Shown piece after piece: positions 1-10,702 of a stretch of DNA of 64,000 nucleotides. The notes under the pieces are model-generated. The model was not told the origin of the DNA. It ran no database searches and saw nothing but the letters and a program-made list of their open reading frames with translations. The stretch is from Prasinococcaceae sp. CCMP 1430 (Eukaryota > Plantae > Prasinodermophyta), in assembly GCA_013416795.1 (NCBI GenBank), contig RQSC01000017.1, positions 41,576 to 105,575 on the forward strand, in the 5' to 3' direction. The position numbers and the translations under genes are program-made. Every line of letters starts with the position of its first letter. The stretch's first letter is position 1.

Positions 1-1314
1 GCGCGGCGGACGTGCTGAAGGCCAGCATGGCGCCCAAGGAGGCGCCCGCGCCGGCGCAGCTCGCGGCGCCCGCGCCCAAGGCCGACGCGCCGGCTGCCGG
101 CACGGGCTCCGGCCCATCGAAGCGCGGCTCGCGCGGCGGCGTGCGTCAGAAGGAGAAGCAGGAGCGCGCGGCAGCCAGGCAGGCACAGGCGACCCAGGGT
201 GGCGCGGCCAAGGCCTGGCCCGCGCAGCAGCAGCAGCCGCCGCAGCAGCAGCCAGCCGCGAGCGCGCCCCAGGTGGCGCAGCAGATGCAGCAGATGCAGA
301 TCGGCAGCGCGCCGCAGCAGCCGCAGCAGCCTCAGCAGCCTCAGCAGCCCGCCCCCGCCCAGCCCGCGCCCGCGCAGGCAGGCGCGCCCGCATCGGACCC
401 CATCGTGCCGGCGCCCAAGGCGGCCGTCTCGGGCGCCCCGGCGGCCAGCGCCGGCCGCGCCGGACGCGCAGGCCGCTGCGTCTGCCGCGCCGGCCGCTGC
501 CGCGGCCGCGCCCGCCTCGCAGGCAGCTCCACCCGCTACCGCGCAGACATTCACTGCACCCACCTCGCTGGCGCCGCAATTTGGCTTCGCCCAGCAGCCG
601 GGCTTCCAGAACGCGGCGGCCCCGCAGCAGGGCGCCGCGGCCGCGAACGCCAGCAAGTTCAACGGCGCGGACGCTGGTGGGGCGCCCCCGACCTCGCGGG
701 CTCAGCCCCCGCGCTCGGCGGCGCCCCAGCAGGGCATGCAGGGCATGATGCCACAGGCCGGCATGTTCCCACCGGCCGCGGGTGGCTACCCGGGCGCGCT
801 CGCCGCGGGTCAGTACTACGCGCCCCACGCGTTCTACGGGGCGCCGCCCGGCATGTACGCCATGCCAGGAATGCACGCGATGCCCTACGGCGGATACGCG
901 CCGCCACCGCCGTCTGGGCAGCACGCTGGCGCTGGCTACCCCCAGCCTCACGCTGGTGCGATGGGCCCCAAGTATGGAGCCATGGGCGTGCCACCTGGCA
1001 TGCAGATACACCCTGCCGCACAGCAGGCGGCGCAGGCCGCCCAGGCGCAGTCGGCAGCTGGCGCCGCTGCGTTCGGTGGCGCCCTACCGCGCACCGGCGC
1101 GCCCGCTGGCAACGCCGCCGCTCCCGCCAACGGCGTGGGGGCAGGCGGCTCGCAGTTCGAGCGCCAGGGCGGTATGGGTGGCCAGAGGCAGGCGCAGGGT
1201 GGTGCGCAGCAGCCCTTCGCGTCGGGCTCTCCCGGCTTCTATGGTGCGTCGTACGGCATGTTTGCGCAGCCTCCGGCCGCCGGTGGCTACCCTGCCGCGG
1301 GCCAGCAGCGCTGA
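1..1314 (+). CDS. 3' part of a Gln/Pro/Ala/Gly-rich low-complexity protein (5' end outside window; apparent +1 frameshift near 453)
   Basis: The frame of ORF 12.. reads as protein (KEKQERAAARQAQ, polyQ/P) to about 452. The frame of ORF 199..1314 then continues as protein (APDAQAAASAAP...GQYYAPHAFYGAPPGMYAMPGMHAMPYGGY) to TGA 1312-1314. No recognisable globular domain. Confidence 0.6.
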
Positions 1315-1560
1315 ATACGCGGAAGACCATTGGATATCCGCGCCGCGACGCATGCGATCGTTCGCGCTCGGCACATGCATACATACCCCGAGCGAGAAGA
1401 TGCAGGCACTCTAGGCTGCCCGCACAGACCGCTCTGTTGAGACGCATGATAAAACATCTGCTGCAGTTCACGCGCCCAACGAGTACGTGATTCATACTCA
1501 GTATACTCGCCTGGCAGCGGCGCGTCTATTTGAGGGACGGGAGAGAGAGCAGGGAAGAGG

Positions 1561-1581
1561 GGGGGGGGAGGGGGGGGGGGG
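1561..1581 (+). repeat. Near-pure poly-G tract in a convergent intergenic region
   Basis: ggggggggagggggggggggg read directly from the sequence. Confidence 0.8.
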
Positions 1582-1638
1582 CTGCTTTCCAAAGCAGATG
1601 TACGAAGCTCAAGTCTTACGAGTCGAGACCTAGCGCGT

Positions 1639-4095
1639 TCATTCCAGTGATCTGCGCGCCTTGATGGGCGACCTCAAGAGGCCAAACACCTCCGGCACAT
1701 CGTGGCGCTCGTAGTCTCCTGTTCGCTTGTGCGGCGTGAGCGGATGGCCACTCCCACGCGCGCCAGTAGGCTCGTCGTCGCTTTGCTGCGCGTAGCAGCG
1801 CGCACAGAGGTCGTAGTCGGCGCGTGCACGGCCCTCGAAGCGCGCCCCCTCGAAGTCGCGCGCGCCGCCGCAGTCGCAGAAGCAGGTGAGTTGGCGCCCG
1901 CGCATGACGTACTCGAAGGTGCGCGCGACGCTACACTTGCAGTTGGTGTACGCGTCCTCGATGCGCACCTGCTCCACGCCGAGGGCCTCGAACAGCAAGC
2001 AGAGGTGCTTGCGCCGCACCGCGCCCGGCCGGCGCAGCTCCTTCTCCCACAGAGCGTCTGCAGTTGCGCGCAGGCGCTCCACACGCGCGGCCAAGGCACG
2101 AGCCACCCGCGGCTGCGCGGCGGGCTCGTGCTCTTTTCGCGGCGTGACCACCACGATGCTCCCGCTCGTCACGCCCGCCTCCACCAGTGTCCTCATGTCG
2201 AGCTCGCAGCTGCCTGCGATGGCCTTCCGCGCGGCAAACTCGCTGTCCCACGCGCAAGGTGTGCCCTCAATGTACGCGCTGTAGTGCTCGTAGCGTCGGC
2301 CAGCCCGGGCGTGGGAGTCCGCGCACACGACCTTGCGCGCGCCCCACCCGGCACGTCCCTGCCGCTGGCTACGCACGAGCGACAGAAGCTGAGACACGCT
2401 GGCGGTGCGCGGCAGGATGGCGTGGCATAGAAAACTCAGCGCTGGTTCGCGGGTGGCGAACCTTTCGGTGAGAGTGCCCGCGTGCGTACGATCAAGGCCG
2501 TCGATGGCCGCGTCGCCGCTCGGGTGGCCGCCACCCGCCTCGACAAACTTGACGAAGACACTTACGTCCTCAGCAGGGTCGTAGGGAAGCAGCGTCCGCT
2601 GCAGCCCCTCCGCGTCAGCCTCGTCGTAGCCGCCCTCACCCGAGGCGGACGACGCCCCAGGATAGTGGTCATCTCTCGCAGCGACCACGGCAGCCACGGC
2701 GGCGGCGGCGATCCGAGAGGTGCCGCTTGTGCCGCTTGTGCCGCTGCCGCTTCCCGGTGCATCATCGACGCTGTCTTCGAAGCTCGGCGAGCGCGCCAGG
2801 CATGACTCTGGCGGCATTGCCCCTCGACCGCGCGGGCTCGCCGCCGCGAAGGGGCCCCTGCCTTGCACCTCCTCGCACGCGGCAGGCGCCTTGCCGACGC
2901 AATCAGGGCGCTCGGCCGCGCACTCGCCCTCAACCTCTCCCAGCACGACGCGCTCCGCGCCGGACTGCGCCAGTCGCGTCGCGTGCGCCAGTCCCACCGC
3001 GGGCCTGTTCACAGTCTCGACCAGCACGCGAAAGCGGAACTCGTGCTTGTGCTGACGGTAGTTTGTGAGCAGCTGCAGGAGCGGGCCCTTGGCATTGGCC
3101 CCACTGGCTTCGCCCACTCCGAGCGGCAGTATGTCGCGCGGCCGCAGCGCGCAATTGTCACGGGGGACGCTGAAGCCCCACAGCCGCACGCCGTCGGCGG
3201 GCGCGCCCACCTTCTCCGCCACGGCAGCGACGATCTCTTCCGCGCTGGCGATGAGCGGCACGACAACAACGCTCCGATGGACGCCGCCTTTGCCCTGTGG
3301 CGCGTCCCGCGGCGCGGCGCCATCGAAGCCGCTGATGTCGGCGACGCCAAGGCCCACGTGCGCGGCCATGTCGGCGGCAGTGACGAGCTCCAGCGTCGCG
3401 TACCGCAGGCAGACGAGGGCGCGCAGGCGGAGCGCGCCTGTGTCATCGAGGAAGCCGGAGGCGGGATTGCAGACTGTCTCGAGGCTCGCGAGCTTGTGCG
3501 TGCCCCAGCTGGTGCGCCCCGCGCGGAACCCGTAAGGGTTGCGTGGCGACCAGCGCACGGAGCGGGCCGGGTCGGTGCGGTGCACGACCTCGAGGGTGAA
3601 GCCCGCGCTGGTGATGAATCCTGCGGGGCGCTCGGCTGGCCTGTGCGTGGCGAGGTAGAGGCTCAAGTGGCTCCCGTCGGCGCTGCTCTGCCGCGGGTTG
3701 CCCCGCGGGTCGAGGTGGAGCTGGAACGTGTGCGCGTCGCCGCGGAAGACGGCGCTGAACGGCGGCGAGACGATCCTCTCCGCGCCGCGCGAGGCGAAGT
3801 CGGAGACGTCCCAGGTGTACGTGGCGGTGAGATTGTTGTCGTTGTCGTCGATGTACAGCCGCCGCCAGTCGCCGCCGTACGAGTTGTGCACGTCGCGCGC
3901 GTCCCTCAGGTGCGGCCAGCGCCGCAGGCAGTGCGCCTTCCACAGCGCGCCGCGGCCGGCGTCGGCGTGCGCGCACCACGCGCGGCACACGCACGACGCG
4001 GCGCGCAGCGAGTCGGCGTCGAGGAACGACATGATGTGTCCCACCAGCTCGTCCGGGAGGCGCGCCGCCCGCGCGCGCGCGCCGCGCTCGCGCAC
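1639..4095 (-). CDS. F-box + MATH/TRAF + USP7-type ubiquitin-like domains + UBA-like + degenerate ZZ zinc finger protein (true start uncertain)
   Basis: F-box: LPDELVGHIMSFLDADSLRAASCVCRAW. MATH: TYTWDVSDF...FQLHLDPRGN...HLSLYL...SWGTHKLASL...GFLDDTGALRLRALV. UBL-like: GVRLWGFS..NCALRP, EDVSVFVKF, LSFLCH. UBA-like: LFEALGVEQVRIEDAYTNCKCSVARTFEYV. ZZ-like: CFCDCG...DYDLCARCY. Confidence 0.8.
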   Translation of the reverse strand: MRERGARARAARLPDELVGHIMSFLDADSLRAASCVCRAWCAHADAGRGALWKAHCLRRWPHLRDARDVHNSYGGDWRRLYIDDNDNNLTATYTWDVSDFASRGAERIVSPPFSAVFRGDAHTFQLHLDPRGNPRQSSADGSHLSLYLATHRPAERPAGFITSAGFTLEVVHRTDPARSVRWSPRNPYGFRAGRTSWGTHKLASLETVCNPASGFLDDTGALRLRALVCLRYATLELVTAADMAAHVGLGVADISGFDGAAPRDAPQGKGGVHRSVVVVPLIASAEEIVAAVAEKVGAPADGVRLWGFSVPRDNCALRPRDILPLGVGEASGANAKGPLLQLLTNYRQHKHEFRFRVLVETVNRPAVGLAHATRLAQSGAERVVLGEVEGECAAERPDCVGKAPAACEEVQGRGPFAAASPRGRGAMPPESCLARSPSFEDSVDDAPGSGSGTSGTSGTSRIAAAAVAAVVAARDDHYPGASSASGEGGYDEADAEGLQRTLLPYDPAEDVSVFVKFVEAGGGHPSGDAAIDGLDRTHAGTLTERFATREPALSFLCHAILPRTASVSQLLSLVRSQRQGRAGWGARKVVCADSHARAGRRYEHYSAYIEGTPCAWDSEFAARKAIAGSCELDMRTLVEAGVTSGSIVVVTPRKEHEPAAQPRVARALAARVERLRATADALWEKELRRPGAVRRKHLCLLFEALGVEQVRIEDAYTNCKCSVARTFEYVMRGRQLTCFCDCGGARDFEGARFEGRARADYDLCARCYAQQSDDEPTGARGSGHPLTPHKRTGDYERHDVPEVFGLLRSPIKARRSLE

Positions 4096-4999
4096 GCCGC
4101 GAGAGCGCGCGCGCGCGCGCGCGCGGGGGGGGGGGAGGGGAAAACCCGCCCGCTCGCTCCCCCTCGCCCGCCCGCTCGCGTTCGCCAGGGACGGGCGTCC
4201 AAGGCGGGAGGAAGGGAGGCGGTGGTGAGGGGGGGGGGAGGCGAAGGGGCCCCGCGCGCGCCCTGTGGCGACACGGGCACGCGCGCAGCCCCTGCCCCGC
4301 CCGTACGAATCGCATGCGTTCTGATATACCCCTCTTTTTGTTTTCCCGCCAGCGCGCGCGCGGCGCCTTCCCCCGCCCGGAAAACCCCAGCAAAAGCCGT
4401 AATAATGCCGGGAGGTTTAGGTTTGGCGGAAGCGCCGCCGAAACGCACGCGTCGTCCGGCAAACGGCCTGCTTTCCCTTTTCATTGTGACGTACAGTCCT
4501 TTTTTTCCTTTTTTACGGAACGGAGTGAATGCGGCCAGTGGTACAGCACCGTCTGACTGATGGAGGCTGCCGCGTGCGGAGCGGCCATGACCATGCGTGG
4601 CGCCGAGGGGAAAAAGGATTGGGGTTTGATGCGTAGGGTTAACGCTTCGCGCCGCGCCGCCGCCGCCGGGCGCGCGCGCGCGCGCGGGGCGGTCGACGGG
4701 TGTTGGCGTTTTCGGTAGAATATTCCGCGTTTTGTGCGGGCGTACCGATGTCTTATCGCATCCTCAAAGGGATTTCTATTTCGCGTGAAAGGAGAATTCG
4801 ATGTGGACTTCAGGGGGAAAAGATGAATAAAGATGCGGTGCGCGCGCGCGCGCGCCGCGTCGCCACAACGCCGCGCGCGCACCCGCTGTCGAGGGGGCAG
4901 AGTCGTCGTGGGCGCACTGGTGGGCGATACCGCGGGCGCGGGGTGGGGGCCGGGCGAGGCGCACGCGGCCCTCCCGAGGGAAAGTTTCGGGCGGGGAGG

Positions 5000-6130
5000 A
5001 TGGCGTCGGCGGTGGTGGCGCCGGCCGAGGCGCGCGCGGCGCCGCTGCTCGCGACGGCGTCGCCGCTCGCCGCCCTGCACCAGCACCAGTATGAGCAGCA
5101 GCAGAAGCAGCAGCAGCACCGCCAGGAGCAGGAGCGGCAGTGGCAGCAGCAGCAGCGGCAGCGGCGGCAGGAGGAGGAGGAGCAGGAGGAGGAGCGAAAG
5201 CAGAAGAACGCGCAGCCCCTACCGGAGCTCCCGGCGGCGTGCTGGCAGGGGGTCTTTCGCCACCTGCGCACGGGCTCGCAGGCGGTCATCGTCGCGTCGG
5301 TGTGCCGCGAGTGGCGCGCGCTCATGCTCGAGCGGCCGCAAAAGCCCTCCCTCGGCAATGAGCAGCAGGGCGGCGCGTGCGCGGCGGGGGCGCGCGGGGC
5401 CGGCGGCGCGGGAAGCAGTAGTGGGTTGGTCGGCTGGTGCGACGCCGATGACGACGTCGTATGCGAGGACGTGTGCGGCGCGCTCGCGCCCCATCTCAGG
5501 TTTGCGTTCCCGGGGCACAGGCGCCACGCGGTGCGCTCCTTCCCGGGCCCCCCGCCCGCCGTGCTGCTGCGCACCGCCGAGGCGGGCAACATCTCGGCGT
5601 GCGTCTGCCTGGCCACTTGGAATGAGCTGAGCGCCCAGGGGAGCGCGCAAGAGGTGCGTGCGCCTGCGCGCCCGTCAAAGTGTGCCAAACGCGGCACGCT
5701 GCCGACGCGCCCGGGTGGTGCCCCGCGCGCGCCTGCGCGCCCTGGTCTGGCGTCGCCCAAGCGAAAGTCGCTGACCTGCGCGGCCGTCCGCGCGTGCCCC
5801 CGTGAAACGCAGGCGCTGCGCCTCCGCAGGCGCGCGGCGCGCCTCGGGCACGCGCCGAGCCAGCTCATGGTCGGCCGGTACTTCGCAGAGGAGGGCAGCC
5901 CCGCCGAGGCCGCGATCTGGCTGCAGCGCTGCGCGGCCAACCGCGCCAGCAGCAGGGGCGACCGCGCCGCTGCAGCCATGATGCTCGGCTACTTGTGCCT
6001 GGACCAGGAGACCACGTACGGGCACAACACGAACTCGGAGGCGTGCGAGTGGTTCAAGCTCGCGAGGGACAGCGGCAGCGCCGACGCGGAGAAGGTGCTC
6101 GGCACGCTGTGGTCCACTGGACAATATTGA
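5000..6130 (+). CDS. F-box-like + SEL1-like repeat protein (intron 5654-5812)
   Basis: LPELPAACWQGVFRHL...VASVCREWR F-box. SEL1-like repeats LGHAPSQLMVGRYF, AAIWLQRCA, AAMMLGYL, EACEWFKLARDSGSADAEKVLG. GTGCG...CTGAC...CGCAG intron. Confidence 0.75.
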   Translation: MASAVVAPAEARAAPLLATASPLAALHQHQYEQQQKQQQHRQEQERQWQQQQRQRRQEEEEQEEERKQKNAQPLPELPAACWQGVFRHLRTGSQAVIVASVCREWRALMLERPQKPSLGNEQQGGACAAGARGAGGAGSSSGLVGWCDADDDVVCEDVCGALAPHLRFAFPGHRRHAVRSFPGPPPAVLLRTAEAGNISACVCLATWNELSAQGSAQEVRAPARPSKCAKRGTLPTRPGGAPRAPARPGLASPKRKSLTCAAVRACPRETQALRLRRRAARLGHAPSQLMVGRYFAEEGSPAEAAIWLQRCAANRASSRGDRAAAAMMLGYLCLDQETTYGHNTNSEACEWFKLARDSGSADAEKVLGTLWSTGQY

Positions 6131-6274
6131 GTTGCACTTTTTGAATCTCTGCCCATGGCCGGGTGGCGTGCTGGCCGCGCCCGTGCGGTGCTGGCCGCGC
6201 CCGCGCTGGCGTGCGTGTGCTGTGCTGCGTGTCGAAGGGGTAAAAAATTAAAAATAAATCGATAGCGGCGGCGG

Positions 6275-8267
6275 CTACTCGTCGCCCTTGCGCTTGGCCG
6301 CGTACGCGTTGACGAGCTCCTTCTGCGTCTGCTGCGACACCGCCGCGTGGTGCGCGTACGTCATGGTGAACTCGCCCTTGCCCTGCGTCTGCGAACGCAG
6401 GTCGGTCGAGTAGCCGAACATGTTGTTCAGCGGCACGGTGGCGTTCACGACGACGTCGGACTCGTTGGACTCGCTGCCCACGATGGTGCCGTTGCGCTTG
6501 TTCAGGGAGCCGATGACCGAGCCCTGGAACTCAGTGGGCGCGGTCACCTCGACGTCCATCACTGGCTCAAGCACCACCGGGTCGGAGCTGCTGTACGCCA
6601 TGCGGAAGCCGCCCTGCGCAGCAAGCCGGAACGCAATGTCGTTGGAGTCGACGACGTGGCTGGCGCCGTCAGTGAGCACGAAGCGCACGCCCTGCACCTC
6701 GTGGCCCACCAGGAAGCCCGAGTTGCACGCTTCGCGGAAGCCCTTCTCGATGGACTGGATGAATTGCGGCGGGATGGGATTGCCCACGACCTCGTTCTCA
6801 AACTCGATCTCGGCCGAGGCGAGGCCCTCCTCGGTCAGGATGGGTTCGATGCGGCCCTGCACCTTGCCGAATTGTCCCGAGCCGCCCGACTGCTTCTTGT
6901 GCGTGTAGTCGAACGTCGCGCCCTGGCGAATGGTCTCGCGGAAGTTCACGCGCGGCTTGCCGCTCACCACCCCGACGTTGTATTCGCGATTCATGCGCTC
7001 GATGTAGATCTCTAGGTGGAGCTCGCCCATCCCCGAGATGATTGTCTGGTTGCTGTCCGGGTCGAGGTGCACGCGGAAGGTGGGGTCCTCGCGCTGGAAG
7101 CGCCCGAGCGCCTTGGAGAAGTTCGCGGCGCCCGACTGGTCCTTGGGCGACACCGCGAGCGACATCACCGGGTCAGGCGTGTGCATTGATGTCATCGCGT
7201 AGTCGACCTTGCCGTCGGTGAAGGAATCGCCCGACGCGCAGTCCACGCCGAACATCGCCACGATGTCGCCAGCCTTGGCCTCGGTGATGTCCTCCATCTC
7301 GTCCGAGTGCATGCGCACCAGCCGCGGAATCTTCACGCGCTTTCGGCTCTTCACGTTAGTGATGAAGTCGCCCTTCTTGAGCGTGCCGCTGTACAAGCGC
7401 ATGTACGTCAGCTGGCCGAACTTGCCGTCCTCGAGCTTGAATGCAAGGGCCACGGTGTTGGACGAGGCATCGCACGGCAGCACGAGCTCCTTCTCATCGT
7501 TGGCCACATCGAGCGCCTTGTTCTCCGCGTCGTTAGGCGCGGGAAGGTAGTCGACCACGCCGTCGAGCAACAGCTGCACGCCCTTGTTCTTGAAGGCGGA
7601 GCCCATCATGACGGGCGTGAAATCGAGGCTCAGCGTCGCGCGACGAATGGATTCGCGCAGCTGCTGCGGCGTTGGGTCCTCGCCCTCCAGGTAGATCTCC
7701 CCCATGGCATCGTCCACCTCGGCGAGCGTCTCAACGAGCTCGGCGCGTGCCTCGGTGGCGCGGTCTGCGTGGTGGCGCAGCATGGGCGAGCGCGGGCGGG
7801 GGGGGGGGGGAGGACGCGTCAGATGCGCGCGTCGGGAGCGTGCGCGCGCGGGTGCGCACGCCCATATCTATCCGCACTGCCGGAAACATGCGCAGCCGCT
7901 CGCGCTCGCGCGCAGCACGCACCCTTGAGGTCGTCGGGAATGGGCTCGCGGCGCACGTCGTCGCCGCGAGGGCCGTCAAAGTACACTGCTTCCATGCTCA
8001 CAAGGTCCACCACGCCTTGATGCGCGTCCTCGAGGCCGATCGGGATCTGCACGGCCGCCGCCGTGTGCTTAAGCTTGTCGCGAAGCTGCTGCATGACGCC
8101 AAAGGGGTCGGCGCCCATGCGATCGCACTTGTTGACAAAGCACAAGCGCGGCACGTCGTAGCGGCGCATCTGGCGGTCGACGGTGATTGACTGCGACTGC
8201 ACGCCGCCGACCGAACACAGCACCAGCACCGCGCCGTCGAGCACGCGCAGCGCACGCTCCACCTCCA

Positions 8268-8298
<31 letters not shown>

Positions 8299-8749
8299 AA
8301 TGTTGATCGCGGTGTCTCCCCACGAGCAGTACGTCGCAGCGGACTTGATGGTGATGCCCTTCTCGCGCTCGAGGTCCATCGAGTCCATCTTGGCGCCCAC
8401 GCCGTCCTTACCGCGCACCTCGTGGATAGCGCGGATGCGGCCCGTGTAGTACAGGATGCGCTCCGTCAGGGTTGTCTTGCCGCTGCAGGCAAAGCGTTGG
8501 GCGCGACGTGAGTCAGTCAGCGAGCGGTGGCGCGATGCGCGCACGCGCGCGCACAGCGGCGGCGGCGGCGACGGCGGCAGACACGGCAACGGCGGCGAAG
8601 ACGCACCTGTCGATGTGCGCACTGATGCCGATGTTCCGCATCTTCTCGAGGTAATCGGCGGACGCCGAGGCCGTCGACGACAGGCCGCGCGGGCCGCCGG
8701 CCGCGAGCGGCGAGCTGACGCCCCAGGGCGCAAGCGCGCGCGAAAGCAT
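6275..8749 (-). CDS. GFM1: Mitochondrial elongation factor G (exons 8749-8607, 8482-7923, 7764-6275)
   Basis: [10 protein letters not shown]|[70 protein letters not shown]-terminal mitochondrial-type presequence. Canonical splice sites restore the frame. Confidence 0.95.
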
Positions 8750-8787
8750 CGCACGCGCGCCGAACGCGCCGAGCGCCCCCGCCGCCC

Positions 8788-8949
8788 NNNNNNNNNNNNN
8801 NNNNNNNNNNNNNNNNNNNNNNNNNNNNNNNNNNNNNNNNNNNNNNNNNNNNNNNNNNNNNNNNNNNNNNNNNNNNNNNNNNNNNNNNNNNNNNNNNNNN
8901 NNNNNNNNNNNNNNNNNNNNNNNNNNNNNNNNNNNNNNNNNNNNNNNNN
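8788..8949. other. Assembly gap (N run)
   Basis: Run of n. Confidence 1.
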
Positions 8950-9035
8950 GGGCGCGCCGCGGAGGGGCGCCCCGGCGGGGCGCGTGCGCGCGCGGCGGGT
9001 GGGTAGTGTACAGGTGCGGGGCGGGCTGAGCCCCA

Positions 9036-10304
9036 CTAGCGTCGGAAGATGGCGCGCAGCAGCGCTCTCAAGAGCGAAACGAGCGCTACGGCTGCGTAGC
9101 GCACGGCGAAGTTCGCGACGACCCTGGCGACAGCTGCGAGAGCACCGACAACCACTGCAGACACCGCCTCGCTCATCGCACGCGCGTCGTCGTGCGCCTT
9201 GTCGCCACCCTCGCTGCTGCGGCTAGCGCTGCCCGCACTCGTCCGCGCACCTGGCCCTCCCACCTGCCGCCTCTGCACGTCGCGCTGTACTCTTCCGTTC
9301 GCGTAGCGGCGCTCGGTTGTCACGGTGACAAACTGGCGGCCTGTGCTGTCGTACGAGGTCTCCTCATATACACGGGTCGACACCACGCCAGGGCCGTGCT
9401 GCATCTGTCGGGACATGTCCTGAGCATGTGTGACGGGTCAGGCTTGCCGTCCGCACGTGCGCGCGTGGCGCCCGGGCGCAGCAGCTGGGCAGATAGAGCG
9501 CCACGCACCTCGAACAATTGCCGCGCAGATTTCCCAAACACCGCGCGAAAGAGTGCCTCGGCCTGCTCAGGAGTCATGCGGAAGGGGTCGGCCTGTTGGC
9601 GGTGGAATTGCCACGCGTCCTGCCGGCGCCGCCACTCCTCGTACTGCTGCTGCTCGCGCGTGCGGTACGCGCCATCCTGCTGCGCTCGCCGGCGCGAGTC
9701 CTCCCATTCGCGGCGGTACTGCCGAATGCCGCCGATGCGTGAGGTGCGCCACGATTCGTCAGAGCGCGAGGTGCCTGCAGGCATCCGAGCGGGCGCGGGC
9801 GCGGCCACAGGCGAGCACACGCGGCTGCAGGCGGGGTGTGCGCACCTGGTAATCGTTCCCCCCACGCTGCTGCTGCTGCTGCGCCCCTGAGCGTTGCGAC
9901 TGGCGCTGCTGCGATTCCCACTGTGCGCGCCGCTGGCGCGCCGCGGCGTCTGCTGCCCGAGAGCGCTCCCAGCGCGCGCGCGCGGCCGGGTCGGTGGCAA
10001 TGGCGTACGCCTCGGAGGCGCGCTTGAACTTGGCCTCTGCTGCCGCGCGCTCCGCCGCGCTGTCGTTGGAGTGTCGGTCGGGATGCCACTTCAACGCTTC
10101 TCGTCTGTACGCCTTCTTCAGCTCAGTAGGCGTCGCCGAGCGGCTCACGCCAAGCACCTTGTAGGGGTCGTCGACCTCCTCGTCGCGGGTCGCGGCGGCT
10201 GCATACGAACGCGCCTGCGCGCCATACGCCGGCGCTTGCGCGCGCGCATGCGCGTGCTCCGGCCCGAGGCTGGCAGCACGGACTGCGCCGCCTCGCCCGA
10301 GCGC
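9036..10304 (-). CDS. DnaJ (J-domain) protein with C-terminal hydrophobic segment; multi-exon, 5' end uncertain (possible ATG 10540)
   Basis: [33 protein letters not shown]...[18 protein letters not shown]. Introns near 9846-9776 and 9509-9419 join to ...[33 protein letters not shown]. Confidence 0.85.
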
Positions 10305-10399
10305 CTGTGCCGCAAATCCCCTCGCATATGCAATCGGCGACGACCGCTCGCTCGCTCGCTCGCGCGCTCGTGCGCGGCCGTCCACTTTGCGCGCCACTG

Positions 10400-10586
10400 C
10401 ACCGGCCGCCCGTCCGCAGGTCGCGCCGAGCGCCGCGCTCGGCGCACCCTCGGCAACCACCGACGCCAGCACTTCCTGCTGGATCTTCTGCACGCTTCGG
10501 TCGAGCTCGGTGGCGCGGTCCGACACGGTGACGGCCGCATACTCGCCCGTGCGCGTACGCCACCGATAAATCTGCGAGCGGATGCG
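10400..10586 (-). CDS. Orphan coding fragment adjacent to single-n join, resembling DUF4231/SLATT-type segments
   Basis: [44 protein letters not shown] with strongly GC3-biased codons. Family resemblance is from recall only. Confidence 0.35.
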
Positions 10587-10702
10587 NGCGCCTCCACATC
10601 CAGCGGTCGGCGGAGCGTCTTGGGCGCGACGGCCAAGCGGGCGCGGCACTGGACGTCGCGGAGGCGCGGCTCGCGTCGCGGCAGAGCGCGCTGGATGCGG
10701 CC

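Noticed and set aside
2863-4560. Long antisense and alternate-frame ORFs here and throughout (e.g. 17449-18966, 41093-42772, 15521-16200)
   Set aside because: Arg/Ala/Gly-rich shadows of real genes, expected because stops are rare at this GC content; no domain motifs.
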